From: Octopus sinensis
Lineage: Eukaryota
DNA: 64,000 nucleotides
Reading direction: 5' to 3'
Assembly: GCF_006345805.1 (NCBI RefSeq)
Contig: NC_043001.1
Coordinates: forward strand, 8,680,001 to 8,744,000
Position 1 is the first letter of the stretch. Each line of letters opens with the position of its first letter. The translations under genes and the position numbers were made by a program. The notes under the pieces are model-generated. The model was not told where the DNA came from. It ran no database searches and saw only the letters and a list, made by a program, of their open reading frames with translations. Shown piece by piece: positions 1-13,455 of this stretch.

Positions 1-1504
1 TATGTTTATGTTCCATAATACCTGACATCGTTGCATTTATGTTGAATATAGTATCGTATCTTGAGTAATAAATGGGGAAAAGACCTTGGCAAGGTGCACC
101 TGGCAACTTAAGTGAGATAGAACGAAATTCTTTGAGACATTCAGGATTCTTATTTACCATTTCAATTCGCTACTTCTCTTCAGCATTCAGTATTAATATT
201 TACGTTACATTTCTCAGAAAAAAGAATACATACAAGATGGATAGATTTTAAGAAACAAATATTGGCTCTAGTTTGGACAAACTATTTGCTATCAGGTGCG
301 TGAAATTTTGCATTTAGCGAAATTTTTATTTTTGCTAATCTCTTTTCAGATACCCCATAGTATAATGTATAAGTCATTGTTAAGCTGTTTGTTTCGTTCC
401 ATTGTAATTAGATATATACACACACAAACACATATGCACATTCACACACACACGTGCGCATAGAGGCTTATATTATTACGCACTTATATGTATATGAATA
501 AATACACACATGCAAACATGAATAAGCTCAATACAATTCCTATATGTTAAAAAAATTTAAACAAAACATTTGAGATGCGGTTAATCCACGAGTACCATAG
601 TTTAAAGTACTTAATGTCACGGATAAATTATTACGTTCGCAATTTTTCTTAATATGCAATTTTCGTGACATTGAACATGTTTACGAAATACTTGAAATTT
701 AAAATGAATCATAAAAAGAAAACAAAGACTAAAATCAAACATTTGAATTCTATGCATCTCTTTCCGTATAATTCCTTTCAACTTCAAACTTCTAATCCCA
801 CGAAATAATATAAAGAACTCATTATCCCCACACTGCTTGGGGACTCCATAAATTACTAAAGTTCAAGCATATAACATTTGTGAATATGTTTAACTTCAGT
901 ACACTTCCTACTTGAAAATGTGCTGTTCATCTTCGATATTTAATGATTATTTATGGACACATTTCAGTATTAGAAATTTAATTTCTGTATTCGTTCGTTT
1001 AAACCTGCTGTCCTTTATTTTCTTTTAAAAGAATATAGTGATCATGAAGATTTTCATTCATAGAATTCTATTAAAATGGCGTTCAAATCATATATAACAT
1101 AAATCCTTCCTATTTATATTTACAGTATGTTTCATGGAATATATCGTCGGCATGTTTATTTAGCTCATCGCAATAACTTATATATATATATTCTGTTTAA
1201 TTTTCCTATTTATGGACAGAAAACATTTATGGAATAAAACCATGAAAGGAATAATTTAAAACAAAGTAACTTTGATCCCAGTGTGTATTTAAATTTCCCC
1301 CACACCTTCGTTCCGATGATGCTTCCTATTCCTTAAAAAAATATACTCGTCTTACTTTTCTTATAACACCGCGGCCATGCCTTGAAAACTTTTTAATCGA
1401 ATGAATCGAATCCTTTATTTATCTTTTAACCTCCAACTAATTCTATTTGTCTTTTGCTAAATCGATAACTTACTCGAAATTAAACACACCAACACGTTTT
1501 CTCA

Positions 1505-1790
1505 GGATTGGTAGTGGCGCACACAGACACAAAGACACACACACGTGCACACACATTCACACACACACACTCTTTCTCTCTCACATACCCTACATATATA
1601 TATATATATATATATATGCAATGGGCTTCTTTCCATTTCCGTCAACCAAACCCACTTCCAAGGCATCGGTTATCACGATACGTTGTTATAGGTATTTGAC
1701 CAAGATGACATGCAGTGGGACTGAACTCCAAACCATATGGTAGAAAGCAAATTTCTTACCACACAACCACACGTAAGTATGCATAAATGT
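1505..1790 (-). mobile_element. SINE family C (tRNA-headed, internal microsatellite), degraded 5' half
   Basis: Reverse complement matches the head/body of the intact copies (gtggtaag..accatatggtttggagttcagtcccactgca..ttggtcaa..gacggaaatggaaagaagccc). Confidence 0.75.
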
Positions 1791-2374
1791 ATACGTACGT
1801 GACCGAGTTGCGACACTGACATTGATGCGATTGCCCATTCCTTTCATTTCCATTTCTTCGAGTTTGATATTAACCATTCAGAGATACGGACATCGCTGCC
1901 TAAATATAATGTTCATGACATTATATACTATATGTTCCTTCAACACTGAATGCATTTGGTTGTTGAGTAAACACTTGACTCTCTGGCCAATCGCTCAACT
2001 TTTTCAAGTACCACTTGAAAAGGAACGTGAGAATAGAGAGACAAGTTTAGTCTCGTGAAAGATTAAATAAAAGATGGGTGAATGTAGAAAAAATTTTGCG
2101 TGCGAGTGACAAAACCACTGAGCATGATCCTGTAAAGCGAAAAAGTGAGAGAGAGAGAGCACTTTGCTCTCAGGAGTTTATTCCCTCCTTGCCTGAGGTT
2201 ACCGTGGTTTTTTCGAAAAGAAAAGCTCTACATTGTATGTTTCCCCCTCTGTGTTCGGCCCTATATGGCTAATAAAGAAACGAATCTGAAATTTAAATTC
2301 TAAAATATTTAGCAATATTGCAAATCACTCAAAACTTTAGTCTAGGAACTCATTCCTCAGCACTTTTCGGGCTC

Positions 2375-2850
2375 AATTAAATAAGTACCAGTTACGCACT
2401 GGGGTCGATATAATCGACTTAATCCGTTTGTCTGTCCTTGTTTGTCTCGTCTGTGTTTAACCCCTTGTGGATAGTAAAGAAATAGGTATTTCGTCTGTGG
2501 TTACGTTCTGAGTTCAAATTCCGCCGTGGTCAACTTTGCCTTTCATCATTTCGGCATCGATAAATTATATTCCAGTTACGCACTGGGGTCGATGTAATAA
2601 ACTTATTCCCTTCGTTTGTCCCCGCTATGTTTAACCTCTTGTGGGCAATAAAGAAATAAGAAACGTGAGCACACCCGGCGAAAGGCTGAGCGGTATTTCT
2701 TCTATCTTTATGTTCTGACTTCAAATTCCACCGATGTCGACTTTGCATTTCGTCCATTCGGGGTCGAGAAATTAAGTACCAGTTCCGTACTGGCATTCTC
2801 CCCCCAAAATCGTGGGTTTGTACCCAGAGTAGAAATGAATATATTTGCTA
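2375..2850 (+). mobile_element. SINE family B, tandem multimer of body+tail units
   Basis: Repeated blocks aagtaccagttacgcactggggtcgat / gttctgagttcaaattccgcc; the tail gtaaagaaata is joined directly to ggtatttcgtctg at 2484/2485. Confidence 0.85.
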
Positions 2851-4131
2851 CGTTCGATTGTGTCGAACCCAACTTTCAATTTCACTCGGGATAATGACCA
2901 TAACTGGAAATAGTACTCACGACGATTGGGACCAGATATATGCATATATGCAGATACGTATGTGTAGAATTACACACATCCACCAACATTTACACACACA
3001 CAGAAATGCATATAATATGTGTGTATATGTACGTATATAAATATATATATATAGGTATCTATATATGTATATATAATGAAATACAAAAACGTCCCAAGGT
3101 TAATGTTTAAACAGTTTATCAAAACTTATAAATTCGCGTACGAATATTCACAAGGTTTACGTACTTGGATAACGTTTATTTCTCTCCTCGAATTTACACT
3201 AAATTGTTTCATTTTCTATTTCAATTTTGCATATCCATTAATTGGGATAATTTCCTATTTCATCTTCCTTTCTTTGGCACTCCTCAATCTTCATATTTAT
3301 TCATACTGTTAATCCTTCTAATAATTCCATACTTTTAGATACACCTTTCAATGCATTTCTTATTTTGTGGTTGTTCACTCACATATTTGTATATTAATAA
3401 TTTTCCCCTTCTGGTAATTTTTTGCCATTTATTTTATTTCTAGGCTTGGTTTGTTAGGATTCCTAATCCTGCCTTTTACGAATTGATTTACATTTCTGCT
3501 TTGACTTCCTTTGTTTCTTTTCTAATTGTTATAGAGTTTTGTTTCCTGCACTGAATATAGAAATATGGCGTTGTATTTTGAAGCATTCAAATGCAAACAA
3601 TATGTATTTAAAACCGAAAATCCAATGCTACCTCCTTAAGTCATAAATGTTAAGCAGTAAAACTCTCAGGATTCCAGGGATGTGTTGTTTCTGAACTGTA
3701 GACTGCTTCGGTGAATATGTATTTGCTCTCATAATCGCAAAACTAATCCAAGCGCATCAAGACTTACATAAAGCATTATTCTCTTTGTTTACAATAGCAA
3801 CATGTCACCGCTACTGGAGAATTTGCGTGGATGCTGCTAATGAAAGGGGCTATGCTAGATGCACCAAACAACCCGGCACTACCGCGGAATTATATCAGAT
3901 TTATTTTGCCAACCCAGAAAAGGAAACGACCGTAACGGACTTCCATGGTGCATTCTCCGACCAAATTCATCATGTGGAATCTACAATACTAGAAGCATGT
4001 TTGTTTTGACCCACAAAATTGTGGATCACACGTCTAAACATACACCTATCATAGAACATTTAATCAATTCTTCTGCTACGCAAATCGACAATCAATGCAT
4101 CAGTATTCTATAAAAGATGAAATCCTGTCGA

Positions 4132-4189
<58 letters not shown>

Positions 4190-4219
4190 ATGCGTCAATG
4201 TGTATTTGATTGTCTATAT

Positions 4220-4438
4220 CAGTGATTTTCAAACATTGTGCTGAAGCGGAACCCCAAGGAAACATTCCACTGGCTCGAGGAACCCCTGTGCAATAATTTA
4301 ATAGTCTTATGCACTCATATCTGCATAGGAAAATTAAAAATTACTGTCGATTTTAGCAATTTTGTAACTTCTTGCGGAACCCCTGGACTGTACTGGCGGA
4401 ACCCTAAGGTTCCGCGGAACCCTGGTTCAAAACCACTG
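4220..4438. mobile_element. hAT (Charlie-like) MITE, 219 bp
   Basis: Imperfect 15-bp TIRs (cagtgattttcaaac / ggttcaaaaccactg), perfect 8-bp TSD gtctatat at 4212-4219 and 4439-4446, internal repeated ggaaccc motifs. An 8-bp TSD with CAGTG ends is typical of hAT/Charlie. Confidence 0.9.
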
Positions 4439-4786
4439 GTCTATATGTCTGTACGTCCTTCACTCCTACTTGAAAACTTGTCTTGATGTGTTGACATCCC
4501 TATAATATAGTAGTTCGTCAAAAGCAACCGATAGAATAAGTATCCGGATTTAAAACACGGACTGGGATTCCTTCATTCAGACAAAATATAAACCCTTGAT
4601 GGTGATGCTCCTACAGAAACTAGTTAAAGATAAAATATTTTGTGCGCACGCATGTGTGTGTGTGTATCATTCTGATATAGACAGATGTTTGCTACTCTTA
4701 GGTGCAGTTGCAAGCAAACATGATCTGGCATTTTCTGGCTGTAAAATTGATGGTGTTAAGACAGTTATATACAGTCATATGTATAT

Positions 4787-4889
<103 letters not shown>

Positions 4890-4960
4890 CCGATGAACGG
4901 CAACGTGAAACTCAGAGTAACAGGTTTTGTTGAATTTTCTGCTACTTTAAATAAAGTATG

Positions 4961-4984
<24 letters not shown>

Positions 4985-5007
<23 letters not shown>

Positions 5008-5830
5008 TTCTAGTCAAAGGAGATGATGGTGAGATAAGAGTATTATAAAAGGTGAGAAGAAAAGGAGGGAAACAGGAGAGAAGAAAAAAAAGGAAAAGCA
5101 AGGAAAGGGAGAAATGTAACAAAATGAAATTGAAAAAACAAAGGAAGGGTAAATATACAACATAATTAAAAAGAAATGGGGGAAAGAAGAAGGAAACGAT
5201 GAGGAGAAAAGTATAAAAGTAAAGGCAATTGGAGAATAGAAAAAGTTAGAAAGGAAAGAAAAGTTAAAGAATACATAAAGATTGAGGTGAGATTTAGTAA
5301 AGTATTAAATATTGCTGCAAAAACAAGATTGGAACGAAAGGAAATTTTAACAACTGGGGTTCTCATTCGAAGGAATGGTCAATATTGCAGAGTAAAGTAA
5401 AATGTAACAAAGTAAAAAAAAAAACGATAATAATGAAGAAAACCTGAAAGGAAGTAGAAAAGAAAATGGAAAGCAATGTTGGTGAAGAGATCAATAAAAT
5501 TGTTAGAAAAAAAAAAGGAGAGAATGTTGAAATATCGGGAAGTTTGAGTGGAAAACGGTAGTTAGATAAATTGTTGGAATAAAAGGATTCGGAAAAAATT
5601 ATGAACTGAAGAAGATGCAAAAGATAACGTGGTACAGGAGAATGCAAATATATTCAAATAATTAATGAAAATTATAAAATCTATGAGAAAAAAAAGATAG
5701 GAAAAAACCGGATGAAACATGAGAAACAAGCAGTAAGAGAAAAAGTAGGGAATAAAAATTGATATGAAAGGAAATTTGTGTAAACACTAAGTTTAGTAAA
5801 TAAATTAAGAACGAGGTAGATGAGTAGAAG
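4985..5830 (+). repeat. Purine-rich (A/G) low-complexity tract following (TA)n/(GA)n
   Basis: Strong strand asymmetry with very few C residues; no coding or element signature. Confidence 0.7.
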
Positions 5831-8800
5831 TAAAGAAGAGGTGAATATTATATAATAGGGTGCAGTATTAAGATAATTGCAAAGATGTTATAATCTTCCA
5901 CAATAACCAACCAATTAGTTAATAAGATTACTAGTGTTGAACATTTTCCAAAAGGCGGCCTCATATTACAATGTTGCATTACAATGGGTCAATCTTACGA
6001 ATGGTATAATCTGTATTGGACCAAAGGTAAATATGCCAAAAGTTCGTATACAGAGTACCACGTCATGACATAATCCTTCATGCAGTATTAATGGGCATAC
6101 AAATAGAGCTAGCTGGAAAATATTTTAAACTCATATCTACTAACTTTCCACATTCACATATCACAAGATCTTAAGAGACTTAAGTTTAACTTCTCTTTCG
6201 TTTTCTCTTTAACTCTACATATTGTTTTAAATTTTGTTGCGTTCTTCAGAACAGAAATATATAACAAAACTATTGCTGTTCAAATGACCGTACGTTCGTA
6301 TTCGACGTTCTTGTATTCTTTCTTATTTTTGATTGAAGAAAGCAGTCCATTGTTCTAATAAAAACACTGCCCATATACACGAAGTAAGTGAGAGAATGAC
6401 AATGGGTAATTATGGACTTTATTCATCTACTTGGAGTCGATAATTGGCTGTCTCACCCCTTACGCAAGAATTGTCTGAGTCTAGTTATTTAATTGTGTCC
6501 TTACACTTTTTGAGTTCAAATATTTCCGAAGACATCTTTGCCTTTTATATTTCTGGAGTCAATGGAATAAAGTACGTGACAATTACCGATGCCAATATAT
6601 CGATTATATGCTTCCTACAAAATATGTGACCTTGCACATACAGCAGAAATCAATATTTATTGTCTTTGAAGGCAATATCAATTTTCTAATTTTCGCAGTG
6701 CATATTTCCCAAATTAAATTTGATATTAAGCATACAAAGCTAACTGCATTTCTTTGTCTGCTTGAGTTCCAGTTAAAATTAGTTCACGAAGGTAACATAC
6801 ACACAATTCGGTGGAAGAGAGCAGCATAGCATAAATGAAGAATGAATTGCTTATATCATCCAAATCAATCTTAGTATAGAATTCTAAATATTGCCAAGAA
6901 TGGGGTTAATTTTATCGGAATTAAATGTAACGTTATAGATAATAAGCTTAACGATATAAATTATATCACCGAGGTTGATACTCTAAGTAGTTTTATTCGA
7001 ATCAAAGCTAACAGTAATAATGAAAAGTTTCAGAGAATCATACTTAGATGATTAAGAGAATTATTTCTGAAACTCACACGGCATTCTCACAATGAAAAGC
7101 AAAGATGTGATCTGGGTGTGTAAATTATTTATATTGAATCAGTTATCTGTACAATAGCTGTAAATTAGGAGAGCCTTCAGACCATCATATAAAATGCCTT
7201 GAGCAAATTAATTACGAGCATTCATGTTCTGAATTAAGACACCATCGAATTTGACTTCATGTTGTCTTTCAAGGGTCAATGTATATGAGCACCCCTAAGA
7301 TACTGCTTCCCCCAAAAGCAATGTGGTCGACCACATATTGATGGATACCCACTTCTCACAAAATTGACGACTGCGAACAAATGATCACAACCGATATAAA
7401 TATTAGTCACCATAGAAAAGAAAGCAGGGGTTTCTAATTATGGTATGCTGACTCGTTTCCTACACATTGAAATAAACTTATTCGAGTTATACACATTATA
7501 CTTTATAGAATGCGTGAATTATAAAGACAGTACCATTCGTTCATTGTGTATTGAAGTACATGAATTTGGAAGCCATGTTTATTGCCTAAAAGAAAAGGTT
7601 AAACAGAAAAATGTTTTAAATTTGCACATTTAAATATTTACGTATTTTCGTGAAATTAAGGACGCAATCAGGTTTAATTCACTGCAGGAATAAGATTATT
7701 TGATTTTGATATTCATATTTTAGTCATGCTTGTAATTCAAGATGTGTTTCAACGTGACAATATTCTTAATATTGCATAAGTTAAATCCTTTAATTAGAAC
7801 GTATAAGCTTAGAAACACACCGAAATAATCAGGGAAACCATTTTTCGGGTATATTCATCTTCACTTAATGCTTATAAAATCTTCTTCATTTTACCCTATT
7901 TAATTGCCTCAACTATAAATTATATTCCAAATCACTTGTATCTTAATATTCCATAAGATGAAACACTTACTACAGATGAAAATAAATGAAATTTATATCT
8001 TACCGCTTTCATTTGATATATCATATTATTTAAGCTGCTTTGTTATAGAAAACCTGAGCAAAATTCTAACTCCTTTCATTAAAATATTGCATCGACAGCA
8101 CTTAATGATCTCATAGAACTGCCGCTTAATGCTTAAACACTACTGTCTTATAATAAATATCAAATAGATATAGTGACTTGATTCTCCCGCATAGAACGGA
8201 ATAATATGCGTCAGGGTGCGTTGTATTGACATTGAGAACGCTGTGACATTATAAAATGAATTAATGCATTATATTAAATTTATTAACATTTCATTTATAA
8301 GTAATGGATGGCATTTTTTCTTCCGAAATTTAAAGAATAATGGCATAAAGAAAAACTCTAAATAAAGTATTATCTGCTTCAGGTTTGAGTGAATTTCAAT
8401 CTCAGAACGTAACATAAATTGGACGGCAGTTTTAAAAAAAATACTTGAAAGGAGAAACTCGTGATATCTTACAAGATTAGAGAAAAATCATATAGAAATT
8501 TAGTTACATTCCGGAGTGAATGCTTTATTATTATATTCATTATATGTAAATATTTTTAGTTTTCTTCTAAAGGAAATATCTACCACTAAACAGGAAGTAA
8601 ACCTCACATTACACCTCAGTAACAAGAATAAACAAAATGAAACATTGAACAATGGCGCAGGAATTTTGGTGCAAATACAGGTGTATACATTGTATACATT
8701 GTTCTACATTATTTGTGAATATATTTTTCATATTCTACCGATGAGAAGAAAGATCTTACGCAGCTTAAGTATAAGTATTATATGACTGTAAATTAATAAG

Positions 8801-8953
8801 GTCTCTAAGTATACATGTCATCTTTTGTTATATTTGATAACAACCATTTTAGCATTTAAAAATACCTCACCTGGAAGACTTGAGTTGATCAAATCCAGAG
8901 TCAGTGACTGCTTTGTAAAACAAAATAATTCAATAGAGACCGATATATATATA

Positions 8954-9010
<57 letters not shown>

Positions 9011-9331
9011 TATATGTATATCTATCTATATATATATATATCCGTAATAATGAAGGGTGAAATTAATTAATTTGGAATAATTATCAATTACACCAAGTAG
9101 TCTTCGGCATGTAAAAGCCTCATTCGAGGAAAATTTAAGTAATACTAAGCAATAAAGGTTTAGCAACGAATTGCCTTACCACAGACCGAATTTAGAAATA
9201 GCAGTCAAAGAGTTATAGCTATTTCTTCTACTAAAAAGGGAGATCTCAGTAAAAACACAGCAATTGGAAGGCAGACACAAACAGGTAAGAGAGAATGAAT
9301 TGACGGCAATCTATCATACAATTTTAAGTTA

Positions 9332-9431
9332 TCTACGGACGCACGTTTCGAAATCAAGTTTTTAGGAAAGCATAAGAATTAAATATTAAATAATTCTACC
9401 TTACCCAAACTTCTTTTCTCTTCAGCGTAGA
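9332..9431 (-). ncRNA. Type I hammerhead ribozyme motif (reverse-complement copy)
   Basis: Reverse complement of the 9998-10097 motif. Confidence 0.75.
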
Positions 9432-9997
9432 ATACTATAATCATAAATGATTATATATTGAATTTTGAGATACTAGAAGGCACCAACTCAACTCAGTATC
9501 AGAGCGAGCTAGAATCCGCAACTAGTATCACCAAATTCAAAGTGTGAATGAAAAGATTGTGTCACCAGCCCCTTCCCACCCGCGTGTAGCCAAAACAAGA
9601 TGCTGTGGTCATCTACTGAGATAAAATATGGTTATCCGTAATAATGAAGGGTGAAATTAATTAATTGGAATAATTATCAATTACACCAAGTAGTCTTCGG
9701 CATGTAAAAGCCTCATTCGAGGAAAATTTAAGTAATACTAAGCAATAAAGGGTTTAGCAACGAATTGCCTTACCACAGACCGAATTTAGAAATAGCTATT
9801 TCTTCTACTAAATAGGGAGATCTCAGTAAAAACACAGCAATTGGAAGGTAGACACAAACAGGTAAGAGAGAATGAATTGACGGCAATCTATCATACAATT
9901 TTAAGTTATCTACGGACGCACGTTTCGAAATACTGAGTTGAGTTGGTGCCTTCTAGTATCTCAAAATTCAGTATATAATCATTTATGATTATAGTAT

Positions 9998-10097
9998 TCT
10001 ACGCTGAAGAGAAAAGAAGTTTGGGTAAGGTAGAATTATTTAATATTTAATTCTTATGCTTTCCTAAAAACTTGATTTCGAAACGTGCGTCCGTAGA
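9998..10097 (+). ncRNA. Type I hammerhead ribozyme motif, canonical core
   Basis: Stem I tctacg/cgtaga, CTGAAGA (10004-10010), long stem II (gaaa/tttc, aagttt/aaactt, gaatta/taattc), GAAA (10080-10083), minimal stem III cgtgcg, GTC cleavage triplet (10089-10091). Confidence 0.8.
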
Positions 10098-10283
10098 TAA
10101 CTTAAAATTGTATGATAGATTGCCGTCAATTCATTCTCTCTTACCTGTTTGTGCCTGCCTTCCAATTGCTGTGTTTTTACTGAGATCTCCTTTTTAGTAG
10201 AAGAAATAGCTATAACTCTTTGACTGCTATTTCTAAATTCGGTCTGTGGTAAGGCAATTCGTTGCTAAACCCTTTATTGCTTA

Positions 10284-10365
<82 letters not shown>

Positions 10366-10389
10366 CTATATATATATATATATATTTAA

Positions 10390-10590
10390 AATGTGACCGC
10401 GTATGTATCGTTGGCGTTTTTCCGTCCGTCTTCCTTTCCTTGGATCTTTCATTTTCCTGTTTCTGACGAAGAACTCCGCTCGAAACAGTAAATCCTCCCT
10501 CTTTCTTTCCTTTCCTGAGCGTCCAAAACCACTATACTTGTTCCACGTCCTCGCGTTGTTGTGTTTTCTCTTTGTGTTTTCATGTTTGTA
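10390..10590 (+). mobile_element. Penelope-type 3' end fragment with minimal hammerhead-like core
   Basis: CTGACGA (10463) - agaactccgctc - GAAA cag TA; same family as 31590-31790 (-) and 58965-59160 (+), sharing cctgagcgtcc..ttgttccacgtcctcgcgttgttg. Confidence 0.6.
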
Positions 10591-11149
10591 TTAACTATAT
10601 ATATGTAATGTAGTGTAATAAAACTCATCTGAAACATGGAGCTACATCAGAGTGAAGACTGAATAAAGAAGATCATTGACAAGAAAAAGTGAAACGTTGA
10701 ATATGGTTGTAATCATATCATTTTGCTCGTGTCTGTTTGCGACGTTAAATAACTGGCTAAACCAAAACTAGCAATTGGTGGATTAATATTTAGCACGGGA
10801 GTGGGGGTAATAGATAGGATGGATAAATAATAAAAATAACTATAATAGTGGGGAACGCCAATATATAGATATAGACCTTTGTACAATCTCATACATTTAT
10901 GTACACTCGCATACAGTATCCATCCACTCAATTACACACGCGTCTATATAGGTGAACAATTATATCTATTATATTGTAATATTAACCCATACATCGTTAT
11001 ATACACTTGCTAGTTTTAAATCTTGATCCCCCATGCAAGAATTAAAACACATAATAACAATATTAATAACACGTAGATAAGTGGTAACCGCAAAACAGAG
11101 ATCAATCAAATACTTATATAAAAGAATACGGTTAGTATTAAAGTGTTCA

Positions 11150-11452
11150 GTAGTTATTTCATAAATACAGTTCTATAGTTAAGAGATGAGGAATTATCGA
11201 CATTGTGTGCATTATTTACATTGTTTACATATGACGGATATTTGTCCTCATCCTGTTTGTTGTTAACACAACTTTTCGGCTGATATTCCCTCCAGCCTTC
11301 ATCAGGGATCTTGGGAAAATTTCGAACCTGGGTTCGGAACCCTAAGGTATTTTTCGATGTTATTATTATTATTATTCCGGTCAGTGCCTGGAATCGAACT
11401 CGGTATCATGAGGTTAGTAGCCTGCGCTCTTAACCACTACGCTCGGGCTACT
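11150..11452 (-). mobile_element. SINE-like element: tRNA-derived head + (AAT)n + hammerhead-like motif
   Basis: Minus strand: A box agcgtagtggttaag, B box gagttcgattcc, then aataataat, then CTGATGA a ggctg..cagcc GAAA (11305-11274). A partial inverted copy of the head follows at 11448-11495. Confidence 0.6.
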
Positions 11453-12562
11453 AATACCAAGAATCCAAGTTCTATTCCAGGCAGTGACCTGAATGGGGAC
11501 AAATATCCCTCAAATGCAAATCATATAAATTATGTCGTTGTTCGAGGGAGGGGATAAAGAAATGAGTAAATCCAAGAAGTGTTTTCATTAAATAGAAGTG
11601 GACCAATGCTGACTTATTGTTGTCTAGAATAAATGAAAGTGAAACAAACAAACAATGAGTATGAGATGGTAAATTATGTTGCAAACTTCTTTACACTCTT
11701 CTTCTTTATATATTCTTGTGATGAAGTTCCATGTTTCAGAGCGGTTTTATTACCAAATATGATAAATATGTTTACCATGCCAATGACAATATCATACAAC
11801 AGGATGCAGTCTATTTGTATTGAAATAATAAATAATATTTCATGTAAGTCAATCGTAGTTTATCAATATTTCCCCATTTACTGATTTCTTTAATTTTTGA
11901 TTGTTCACAAACTCATGTTTATCCTTGTCTTTACCTATAATTTATTAGTAAAAAATGTTGGCATATGAATGCCCATCGTTAAACATAGGTAATAAACCGG
12001 TAGTGTAATGGATACTTCTATCACTTAGACGATTATTTTACTCTCTAAGTCAGCTAACTTGATATATATATAGATATATATGTGTGTGTGTGTGTCTATG
12101 TATGTATATAGATGCGTTTGTGGTGTATATATATATATATATATATATTTAAGGTGCGCCTGTGTGTACGTGGGTTTGTATGTATATGCATATACATGTT
12201 CACTTGCGTAGGATGCAAGTGAAGAAGTGTACGTCTTACAAGTGAGGGTGAATAAATGTATGCGTACGCACGTAGTAGTGCAGGCGCACATGTGCAGGTA
12301 TGTACACGCGCGCTTACGCGAATACTGTGAGCTTTCTACCCCCTTATCGTACTTAGCGGTCATTCGAATAGCTCTTTGTCTTAATAGCGGTCAATAACAC
12401 AGTAATTTCCCTTTGTATAACGGTCATTTCTCCGATGACCGGATAACTGTAGAGATGGTGCCGTGGATTTCCACCTCGGCATCCGAAACTCGGAGTTTTA
12501 TCTTGACTACTGAATAATTGTCACATATTACATTTACAGATATATATATATATAATATATAT

Positions 12563-12658
<96 letters not shown>

Positions 12659-12864
12659 TTGAGTAGTTGAATGAATTATCTTATTAAGGATAATTCGAAT
12701 GATAACCGATACCTGTGTAGCAAATTCACATCAGAAATAACACGGTTGAAGCTACGTCCCTAGGGCATAGACTACGTGTCTTCGTGCGGAAATTTGTATG
12801 TTTATTTTAAAATTATAAGTATATGAAAGAATGGAGTTGAACGACTAGTTAACAAATATCCTTT

Positions 12865-12949
12865 ATTCTCGACATATGTTTCGAAGGCTGCATATTCCTA
12901 ATTCCGAAGAAATAAGGAGCACATTATGCAGATTTCTCATCAGGAAAAT
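12865..12949 (-). ncRNA. Type I hammerhead ribozyme motif (left arm)
   Basis: Reverse complement of 13371-13455 with a few substitutions in stem II. Confidence 0.7.
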
Positions 12950-13370
12950 CAAGGAACTTATGTCGACATCAAAATGCACAAAAAACTTTTAGCTGACCGC
13001 TCTCAAGGAGCCCATGGCGATAATGAGTGTCTCTTTATAAGGAGTGACGTCAGAGTGGCTGAATGTAGAAGAATATAGAAGGTTCTAAAGGTTCAAGGGT
13101 TCAAACGAAGTAGGAGGAGGGAGGCATAAGAATAGTAAGGTGAGAGAGTGCAGGTCAAAATAATGGTGGATTTATCTCACCTTACTATTCTTATGCCTCC
13201 CTGCTCCTACTTCGTTTGAACCCTTGAACCTTTAGAAACTTCTAGATTCTTCTACATTCAGCCACTCTGACGTCACTCCTTATAAAGAGACACTCATTAT
13301 CGCCATGGGCTCCTTGAGAGCGGTCAGCTAAAAGTTTTTTGCGCATTTTGATGTCAACATAATTTCCTTG

Positions 13371-13455
13371 ATTTTCCTGATGAGAAATCAGCATAATGTA
13401 CTCCTTATTCCTTCGGAATTAGGAATATGCAGCCTTCGAAACATATGTCGAGAAT
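13371..13455 (+). ncRNA. Type I hammerhead ribozyme motif, canonical core
   Basis: Stem I attttc/gagaat, CTGATGA (13377-13383), long stem II (gaa/ttc, gcata/tatgc), GAAA (13438-13441), palindromic catatg, GTC cleavage triplet. Confidence 0.75.

Larger units (their letters stand above)
9039..10287. mobile_element. Penelope-type terminal-repeat composite: full 594-bp unit + partial tandem copy + inverted copy, between (TA)n arrays
   Basis: 9039-9632 is repeated at 9633-9930; 9931-10287 is the reverse complement of about 9143-9498; hammerhead motifs are present; tandem plus inverted pLTRs are characteristic of Penelope-like elements. Confidence 0.8.

Noticed and set aside
218-295. AG..GT-bounded 78-bp open segment (KRIHTRWIDFKKQILALVWTNYLLS)
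   Set aside because: Only a vague resemblance to ABCA N-terminal motifs, with no supporting neighbouring exons; cannot be supported without RNA-seq or homology search.
8560-8667. AG..GT-bounded 108-bp open segment ending AGILVQIQ
   Set aside because: Similarity to the DEG/ENaC AGIKVQIH motif is too short to call, and no other matching exons were found.
11378-11449. Functional tRNA gene
   Set aside because: Acceptor and T stems do not pair properly; treated as a SINE head, as are the heads of families A-D.
12425-12500. ctcCGATGA..long stem..GAAA ctcggag
   Set aside because: Core incomplete; possibly another decayed Penelope end but not callable.
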